Below, one piece after another: positions 55,153-64,000 of a stretch of DNA of 64,000 nt (positions are counted from its first letter, which is position 1; the number at the start of each line of letters is the position of its first letter). Both the position numbers and the translations under genes were made by a program. This DNA comes from Macrostomum lignano. Taxonomy: Eukaryota. The stretch covers positions 248,001 through 312,000 of the forward strand of contig NIVC01000738.1 of the NCBI GenBank assembly GCA_002269645.1. Reading direction: 5' to 3'. The notes beneath the pieces are model-generated. The model was not told the DNA's origin. It saw nothing but the letters and a program-made list of their open reading frames with translations, and made no database searches.

Positions 55153-58100
55153 ATGTCTAATGATGATATCAGCAATACCTACCTGGGCAATGTGAGTCCA
55201 AAGCTGTTCTTCCAGCTGGTTAATGCTGTGGCATTATCTGGCTCATTTGAAGAGGTGGCATCTCGGGTTGGATTCTCACAAAATGATATTCTTATGATCC
55301 GAGCTAAAGGTGGTAAGTGTTTCTAGTAAATATAAAACACTTAGCTTAATTGTATATACTTAATTTATAGCTGTAAGATGCACCACATTGTAAACTTATA
55401 TATAATTAGACTAAGCATTAGCCCATATACATATAGATTCATAGATTTCTAAATCTAGCATTAAAGTGCCAAATCTAGCACAGAGTGCCAAATCTAGCAT
55501 TAAAGTGCCAAATCTGGCACAGAGTGTCAAATCCAGCATTAGAGTGCCAAATACAGCATTAGAGTGTCAAATCCAGCATTAGAGTGCCAAATCCAGCATT
55601 AGAGTGCCAAATCCAGCACAGAGTGCCAAATCCAACACAGAGTGGCAAATCCAGCATTAGAGTGCCTAATTTAACATTAGAGTGCCAAATCCAACACAGA
55701 GTGCCAAATCCAACACAGAGTGTCAAATCCAGCATTAGAGTGCCAAATCCAGCATTAGAGTGCCAAATCCAGCACAGAGTGCCAAATCCAACACAGAGTG
55801 CCAAATCCAGCATTAGAGTGCCAAATCTAACACAGTGCGACTTCCGAACCCGATCACCCAGGCAACAGCATGGAGCTCTCGAAGCGCTTTTTCCTTAAAT
55901 GGCGCATGCGGATGCCGACTATGCGGGACGTGGCGGTCATCATGGCGAAGGAGCCACCGATTGTCGATGCGGTGCACGCGCTGCGGCAGGCCTGTCCACA
56001 GCTTCTGACAGGCCTGGAGCCCCTTGCTGAATTCTCCGACGGTGCCGACATGCAGATGATGGACTTTGCAGCTGGCGATGTCCCGGTGAGCCGATGTGTG
56101 TGGGGTTGTCCCGGATATGAGCTGGGGTTGTCCCGGATGTAAGCTGGGGTTGTCCCGGATATGAGCTGGGGTTGTCCCGGATGTGAGCTGGGGTTGTCCC
56201 GGATATGAGCTGGGGTTGTCCCGGATGTGAGCTGGGGTTGTCCCGGATGTAAGCTGGGGTTGTCCCGGATATGAGCTGGGGTTGTCCCGGATGTGAGCTA
56301 GGGTTGTCCCGGATGTGAGCTGTGGTTGTCCCGGATATGAGCTGGTGTTGTCCCGGATGTGAGCTAGGGTTGTCCCGGATATGAGCTAGGGTTGTCCCGG
56401 ATATGAGCTGGGGTTGTCCCGGATGTGAGCTGGGGTTGTCCCGGATATGAGCTGGGGTTGTCCCGGATGTAAGCTGGGGTTGTCCCGGATATGAGCTGGG
56501 GTTGTCCCGGATGTGAGCTAGGGTTGTCCCGGATGTGAGCTGGGGTTGTCCCGGATGTGAACTGGGGTTGTCCCGGATGTGAGCTAGGGTTGTCCCGGAT
56601 GTGAACTGGGGTTGTCCCGGATATGAGCTGGGGTTGTCCCGGATGTGAACTGGGGTTGTCCCGGATATGAGCTGGTGTTGTCCCGGATGTGAGCTAGGGT
56701 TGTCCCGGATATGAGCTAGGGTTGTCCCGGATATGAGCTGGGGTTGTCCCGGATGTGAGCTGGGGTTGTCCCGGATATGAGCTGGGGTTGTCCCGGATGT
56801 AAGCTGGGGTTGTCCCGGATATGAGCTGGGGTTGTCCCGGATGTGAGCTAGGGTTGTCCCGGATGTGAGCTAGGGTTGTCCCGGATGTGAACTGGGGTTG
56901 TCCCGGATGTGAGCTAGGGTTGTCCCGGATGTGAACTGGGGTTGTCCCGGATATGAGCTGGGGTTGTCCCGGATGTGAACTGGGGTTGTCCCGGATATGA
57001 GCTGGGGTTGTCCCGGATGTGAGCTACGGTTGTCCCGGGTGTGAGCTGGGGTTGTCCCGGATATGAGCTGGTATTGTCCCGGATGTGAGCTAGGGTTGTC
57101 CCGGATATGAGCTGGGGTTGTCCCGGATATGAGCTGGTGTTGTCCCGGATGTGAGCTAGAGTTGTCCCGGATGTGAGCTGGGGTTGTCCTGGATGAAGAG
57201 CCGCCTCATAACCCATAAAAGTCGCCCGAACCATCGCAGTTCGAGCAGCAGCAGGTGCAGCAGGGCGCACCGGATCAGCCAGCTCAGAGTCCGGAAGTCA
57301 CAGAAATCGCCGGAATCGTCGACTCGCCGCCGCAGCCACAACCGCAGCCGCCTGAGACTGACGATGAAGCCCTGGGGCCGCAGCAGACCTGCCCGCCGCA
57401 GGTAGTGCTGAAAGGCCTGACGGCCATCAGCTTCAACGCTGACGAAATCTCCTCAGTGCCGCAGCTGGTCTCCCCGTCGATCGTGGAGATCCGAGGCAAC
57501 TTCTGTCGCGTTGTTCATCGGAGTGTCCGCCTTCAGCCCGACGGTTCCACGGCCAGCGATGAACAAGCCATGATCGAGCGATTGCAGGTGTGCAGGGCTC
57601 CGTGTTTCTTCTTGAGTTCAGATTGTACTTTTGCTATGACATGCGTACTTGGCTTGCAATGCGGATGTATTTTGACATGCGCACTTGGCTTGCAATGCGG
57701 ATGTATTTTGACATGCGCACTTGGCTTGCAATGCGGATGTAACTTCAGTGTGTACTTCTGTTTTGACATGCGCACTTGGCTTGCAATGCGGATGTAACTT
57801 CAGTGTGTACTTCTGTTTTGACATGCGCACTTGGCTTGCAATGCGGATGTAACTTCAGTGTGTACTTCTGTTTTGACATGCGCACTTGGCTTGCAATGCG
57901 GATGTAACTTCAGTGTGTACTTCTGTTTTGACATGCGCACTTGGCTTGCAATGCGGATGTAACTTCAGTGTGTACTTCTGTTTTGACATGCGCACTTGGC
58001 TTGCAATGCGGATGTAACTTCAGTGTGTACTTCTGTTTTGACATGCGCACTTGGCTTGCAATGCGGATGTAACTTCAGTGTGTACTTCTGTTTTGACATG

Positions 58101-59012
58101 CGTACTTGGCTTGCAATGCGGATGTAACTTCAGTGTGTACTTCTGTTTTGACATGCGCACTTGGCTTGCAATGCGGATGTAACTTCAGTGTGTACTTCTG
58201 TTTTGACGTGCATGCTAAGCTTGCAATGCGGTTCAGTGTGTACTTTTGCTTTGGCGTGCACTTTTATAGCTCCAGATGTTGTTTTCACTAACGGAAGCCG
58301 ACAATCGCCGAATTGTCTGCAGGAGCTGCGCCACCCCAACCTGGCCTGTCTGATGGGCACCAAGCTGCAGTCGGTGCCGGACTCCAGCGCGCTGTCCCTG
58401 GACCTCTTCCTGCCAGAGTATGGGCGCACCCTGGCGGACGCCCTGTCAGATGATGCCTGGGCCAGGCGGCTGTCCATGCCCGTCCGGGTTGGCCAGCTCG
58501 GCAGCCTCATGAGCGCCCTGTGCCACCTGCACGGCCAGCAGCTTTGCCTGGTGCGGTCACCGCGGCTGCTCGCCTGCAAGTCAATCCTCCTGGACGCCTT
58601 CAGCCGGCCGATCATCTGGTGGCCGGACCGCCTGCAGATCTGCCAGGACAACCGGGCGCTGCTGACCAACAATTTCCTGCAGCTGCTGGACCTGTCCGTA
58701 GAGCTGCTGACCGGCCGGATGCGCTACAAGGACAAGGCCGGCTTCGCCACCTGCGCCCAGCAGCTCAAAACATTTTGCAATTGCCAAACTGAGCGGGAGC
58801 TGCTGCAGCTGGAGGACGGCGACGAAAGCGGCTTTATTGACAGCCGGCTGGTGGTCGACGACGAGGAAGACGACAGCAGCAATGCGAGGTTCAGCGCCGT
58901 GTTGATGCTGGCCTGTCGCGCCCTTCGTTGCACTATGGCAGTGGCGCAGGGCTCCTTGGCGCCAGGCTCAGCTGCCACCAAGCTGCAGCGCATGGCCGAT
59001 CAAGGCGCGTAG
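55153..59012 (+). CDS. Death-domain + degenerate kinase protein (IRAK/Pelle/Tube-like pseudokinase); exons 55153-55312, 55862-56085, 57222-57587, 58323-59012; 479 aa
   Basis: N-terminal death-fold-like pattern FEEVASRVGFSQNDILMI...FFLKW...TMRDVAVIM...DAVHAL. Kinase remnants EQAMIERLQELRHPNLACLMG, LSMPVRV...ALCHLH, KSILLD. No HRD or DFG. All junctions are GT-AG and in frame. Confidence 0.72.
55455..55835. repeat. 20-bp minisatellite in intron 1 of the pseudokinase gene
   Basis: Unit GAGTGCCAAATCCAGCATTA. Confidence 0.93.
56095..57190. repeat. 22-bp minisatellite filling intron 2 of the pseudokinase gene
   Basis: Unit GAGCTGGGGTTGTCCCGGAT(A/G)T. Confidence 0.96.
57640..58250. repeat. 55-bp minisatellite filling intron 3 of the pseudokinase gene
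   Basis: Unit GACATGCGCACTTGGCTTGCAATGCGGATGTAACTTCAGTGTGTACTTCTGTTTT. Confidence 0.95.
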
Positions 59013-59894
59013 CGGTCTACAGCAGCTTAGTTGCCGATATGTTTAGAAAGTAACTGTAAAGACTCAGCTTTGGTTGGCAGAACAGTCGACTTGTTAAATT
59101 ATAATTCTCTTACTCAGCGTTTATATGTTTGATTTTGAGCAACGTGCAATTGCACACAGATTGCGGGGGGAACGTTCCATCGCGTACAACGTGTTATGCA
59201 CAGAGCGAGAAGGCTTGAGCCTGGTGAGCAGGGAAAAGGTCACGCGCACGCGAACGACGAAATGACCAAAATAATAAATTTAACTAACTGAGGTCATCAC
59301 AGTAACTTTATGAACGACTGTGATGGACTTTTCATTGAGTTTATTAGGCATCGGTTTTGCAATCCCAGCGAAGCGACTCTGGCTGTATTTATGCGACACC
59401 AAAGCTTGGAGTTCCTGTGTACTCAAGTGCAGGTGACAGTGTTTATAAATTTAATCCGATTCAAATATACTGAATTCACAGATCCAATTCCTTCAGCATC
59501 ATGATTGATTTGTTTCTCATGAAATTCCTAGCATAATATTAACAAGGGTAATATTATAAAATATTGAGTGAAAAAGGCCGTTTAGCATCATTAAACGTGT
59601 AGCCTGGATCTCCCCGAGTTCCATTCCTTATTTTGGGGCGGGGTTTTGTGCTCAGAAATTTGCCTGCGGCCAACCTCCAGGGCATGAAGTGTACACTAGA
59701 CATGCCTGATGATGGGAAAGTCAAAGCCAGTGCATTGAGAATCGGAGCCCACTTCAGGGGTGGGTGCCTCCGCGCGCTGATTGGCTGGCATGGGGTAAGA
59801 AATTGTACGCCCAGCCCTCCCGCGGGCTTCTCTCATGACTGCCTGCCAGGTTCCTACCGACATGACAGTCATCAGCGCGTGCGGCTCTCGCTGT

Positions 59895-60430
59895 AAAACA
59901 TGCCATACACATTCTACATGTGCATGTGAAACATCCGATTACACATTCTACATGTGCATGTGAAACATGCGATATACATTCTACATGTGCATGTGAAACA
60001 TCCGATACACATTCTACATGTGCATGTGAAACATCCGATACACATTCTACATGTGCATGTGAAACATCCGATTACACATTCTACATGTGCATGTGAAACA
60101 TGCGATATACATTCTACATATGCATGTGAAACATCCGATACACATTCTACATGTGCATGTGAAACATCCGATACACATTCTACATGTGCATGTGAAACAT
60201 CCGATTACACATTCTACATGTGCATGTGAAACATGCGATATACATTCTACATGTGCATGTGAAACATGCCATACACATTATACATGTGCATGTGAAACAT
60301 CCGATACACATTCTACATGTGCATGTGAAACATGCAATACACATTCTACACGTGCATGTGAAACATGCAATACACATTCTACACGTGCATGTGAAACATG
60401 CAATACACATTCTACACGTGCATGTGCATT
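59895..60430. repeat. 33-34 bp minisatellite
   Basis: Unit CATGTGCATGTGAAACATCCGATACACATTCTA. Confidence 0.95.
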
Positions 60431-61097
60431 TATGGCATATTCCCTGGCAACGCTCCTGGGCAGATTGCTTTCGAATATTTTCAGAATTATATAGCAGTGG
60501 ACCCGTACCTGTCTGTGCTGTAGAAGATGCCGATCACTTATTGATGATAATTTGAACCATGGAAAGTTTTTTCTCGGTCGCTTTTTATAAATATGCTCGA
60601 ATCTAAAAATTTTTAATATTTCTAAACATTCATCCAAGGCTGCGTTGTCAGTTTTCGCAGGTGTGATGATGCAGCACACCAGCTGCAAATGACTGCAAAA
60701 TGACTTCGGTTAAAAGAAAGAGTTTCGAACACTGCAGTCCCTGCGGGCGAGTGGTTTCTAAACCAAATTTGCAGGTAGATAGCGGGGGCCAGTGCAGTGC
60801 GAGCTAGCTAGCGGATCAGAGCGCTACTTTTTGCTCCGGTGTGGTGAAAATATTAACAAATTTACAAAATTAAAGAAACGAAAAGGTTAAAAGTTTTTCC
60901 AGCCTATTGGAAGCCAATATTAATTTAAATTTTGTATTATCAAGCATTTTAAAATGTTAGAAAATATTTTTGGCTCGGGGCTGAAAGTTTTATAAAACTC
61001 CAGTCTGCTTTTAGCCGTGCGGGTTGGCGCTGCAATTATACACGCGCGTGAAGCCCCAGTGAACTGCTGCAGTCGAGACGAGTTTTTTCTTGCAAAA

Positions 61098-63272
61098 ATG
61101 ACGGTCGTTGGAAGTCTCGGCGTGATCGACATTATTGTTGTGGTCCTTTTCTTCTCCGCCGTCATTGCAGTGGGCCTATGGGTAAGAGTGCAGTGTCTGT
61201 GTCTTCACATTCAGTACCAAGTGACTGCATACGCATGTACTGCAGAAATACACTCGAAGTTCCATCTACATGTAAGTCCGCGGCTCGCACCCCGCCGCCC
61301 ATCCCGCAGTCCTCCTGCCGCAATCGTGGAAGCGTCGGTGGCTACTTTTTGGCTGGCCGTTCCATGCACTGGATTCCCGTGAGTTGCCGCCTGGGATCGA
61401 CTCTAATGCACCTCACCTGCATGCTGCTCCTGCACTGTCTGCCTGCCAGATAAAGCGTAGATAGATCGCGGCACAGAGTCGGAGTGAGACACAGTCGGAG
61501 AGGGGGAGACAGTCGGAGAGGGGGAGACAGTCGGAGAGGGGAAGACAGTCTTAGAGGGGAGGCAGTCGGAGAGGGAGACACCGCAAGGAGACAGACTGAG
61601 AACAGGCAGCAAGACCAGAGGTACGTCTGCATTTAGGCCACCAGGCCAGTTTGAATTAGGATTTCATGATTTTTAGCTCCCAAAACACAAGTAAAGCCAG
61701 TTTTTGCATAAGAAAGTATTAAAATCAACACTGAGCCGACAAAATTAGCGAGAAAAGCTGTAGGTGAAATTAGCGAAACCAGCTGAGCACAAAGCCAGTC
61801 TAAATTTGTAGTCGCAGCCTCCTGTTCGAGTGCTCCACCAGCCTGCAGCGCTCAGTTGAGCTAAAAGTGCGCAGATTTCGTGGCGCAGTGCGTCCCCACC
61901 ATTTGGCACATCAGGCACTTCGGCGCTGCCTAATGTTTGTCGACCGTTAAAAAAGTGATGAGTGATTGAGCCTGAGAACTTACCTACTCTAGAGAAATTG
62001 ACTAGCTTAGACACACCTGTGTCTCACACGGACACACCTGTGTCTCACACGGACACACCTGTCTCACACACTGACACACGTGTCTCACACAGACAAACCT
62101 GTGTCTCACACGGACACCTGTCTCACACGGACACACCTGTGTCTCACACGGACACACCTGTCTCACACGGACACACCTGTCTCACACGGACACACCTGTC
62201 TCACACGGACACACCTGTGTCTCACACGGACACACCTGTGTCTCACACGGACACACCTGTGTCTCACACTGACACACCTGTGTCTCACACGGACACACCT
62301 GTGTCTCACACGGACACACCTGTCTCACACAGACACACCTGTCTCACACAGACACACCTGTCTCACACAGACACACCTGTCTCACACTGACACACCTGTC
62401 TCACACGGACACACCTGTCTCATACAGACACACCTGTGTCTCACACGGACACACCTGTCTCACACTGACACAACTGTCTCACACGGACACACCTGTCTCA
62501 CACAGACACACCTGTCTCACACGGACACACTTGTCTCACACTGACACACCTGTGTTCCACACGGACACACCTGTGTCTCACCTGGACACACCTGTCTCTG
62601 ACACGGACACACCTGTGTCTCACACAGACACACCTGTGTCTCACATGGACACACCTGTCTCTGAAACGGACACACCTGTACGTCTTCTCCGCAGGTGGGC
62701 GCCTCCCTGTTCGCCAGCAACATCGGCTCCGGCCACTTCATCGGGCTGGCCGGCTCGGGCGCGGCCGGAGGCATCGGCATTGCCGTTTTCGAGTTCAGCG
62801 CAATGCTGGTCTTGGTTCTGCTCGGCTGGGTCTTTGTCCCGGTGTACATCTCCTCCGGGGTCAGCCTTGTTTGAATTTTTTAGTTCATTTCTTCGATGCT
62901 TCACGTGAAACCACAGAATAGACACCTAGCCTAGCCTAGCCTAGAATGCAGAGATTTACCCCAAATTCTCAAACTTTTTAAGTCCCCAGCTGCCAATAAT
63001 ATCGCTGCATTTTCTTATCCCTAATTCACAGAGTTCCTAATCCCCACGCTTTCTCAACACCCTCAGCTCTTCAAAAACAATGCCTCCAGTTCGTAAAAAA
63101 TCCTCTTTCATCGCCGATGTTTGTTTTAGCTAATCGAAGTAATTTTTAATCGTCACAATGCCCCCAGGTGTTCACGATGCCCGAGTACCTGAAAAAGCGG
63201 TTCGGCGGCCAGCGGATCCGGATCTACCTGTCCTGCCTGACCCTCATTCTCTACATCTTCACGAAAGTCTCA
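61098..63272 (+). CDS. SLC5 sodium/sugar (SGLT/SMIT-type) cotransporter, first four exons (61098-61181, 61310-61378, 62695-62859, 63168-63272); continues beyond the window
   Basis: [72 protein letters not shown]; all introns GT-AG, phase 0. Confidence 0.95.
61480..61610. repeat. 18-bp minisatellite in SLC5 intron 2
   Basis: Unit GAGACAGTCGGAGAGGGG. Confidence 0.8.
62010..62680. repeat. 19-21 bp minisatellite ending at the SLC5 exon 3 acceptor
   Basis: Unit CACACCTGT(GT)CTCACACGGA. Confidence 0.94.
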
Positions 63273-64000
63273 GTGAGCAACAGAAGTACAAAGGATTCAA
63301 TTGGGCGGGAGTGGCTTATCTTGTGCTATCGTGGGGCGGACAGTTGGCCCTGTGCTGCGGTTGCTTAGCAACCATTAATTTCAGTTTGTTAAACCTTATA
63401 AGATTCTTTCGGGTACAGAGTGAGTCTCATGACTTTCTTTTCTCGGCCGTTGCCTGCACTCGAAATTAATTCTGATTTATGTAACTACCCACAGCTGCAT
63501 AACTGATAAACTGCCAATGCTTTGCATGCATAGCAACGAATGCCGCTTGCTATGCACGGAGGCCCGCGTGTGTCCTCCGCCTCTTGTCTTGTAAAGTGAA
63601 AGCAGCTTGATTTGCAAAGCATTGCTCAGCGAGCAGTGTTCGTTTGCATGGTTAATCAACTCAGTGCTAAACAATCTCTTTTCGAGCAGGGCAGATAAGA
63701 TAATGCGTGCTCTATGCTATCTCAGCACATGAGACAGAAGGTGACATTGACGGTGACAAGTTCATTTTGTAGCTCAGAGAGTTGCTGAGCGGGGTGTTCG
63801 AACCCTGGGTTGGACGGGAATTGTAAGGCTTGATCAGCTTTGCCGCAGTTCAAATCCGCGTCTGCTCACAATAATTTGGGCCTTAGGTTTGCAGCTCGAT
63901 TCAAGCAAGACCTGCCACCAAAGCCCGGAGTGCAAGCGTGTCTAAGGAAGAGAAATTGGGGCTGCTATTTGGGCCTTAGGTTTGCAGCTCGATTCAAGCA

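Noticed and set aside
63765-63812. tRNA-like A/B boxes (TAGCTCAG ... GTTCGAACCC)
   Set aside because: No cloverleaf stems or TSD; at best a decayed SINE fragment

Overview
Eukaryotic (animal) genomic DNA with GT-AG spliced genes, GC-rich exons and about 25 unrelated mini/microsatellite arrays. The style suggests a Macrostomum-like flatworm, but that is inference only. Genes reconstructed by hand with phase-consistent splice sites: the 3' half of a PKA catalytic subunit, an intronless DEG/ENaC channel, a Lys-rich/Gly-Pro-Tyr repeat protein, a 277-aa protein resembling plant ASCH-domain proteins but lacking the ASCH domain, a DCN1-like protein, TMEM9, a His-rich orphan, a death-domain pseudokinase (IRAK/Pelle/Tube-like) and the 5' part of an SLC5 sodium/sugar symporter. 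Mobile DNA: a complete 4.6-kb Ty3/gypsy (Mag-like) element with identical 175-bp LTRs and a CTGAA TSD inside a minisatellite, a tRNA-derived SINE with a 14-bp TSD, and a probable 3.6-kb non-autonomous TIR element carrying TTAGGG tracts. Most long ORFs in the supplied track are tandem-repeat artefacts. No CRISPR, rRNA or intact tRNA genes were found.
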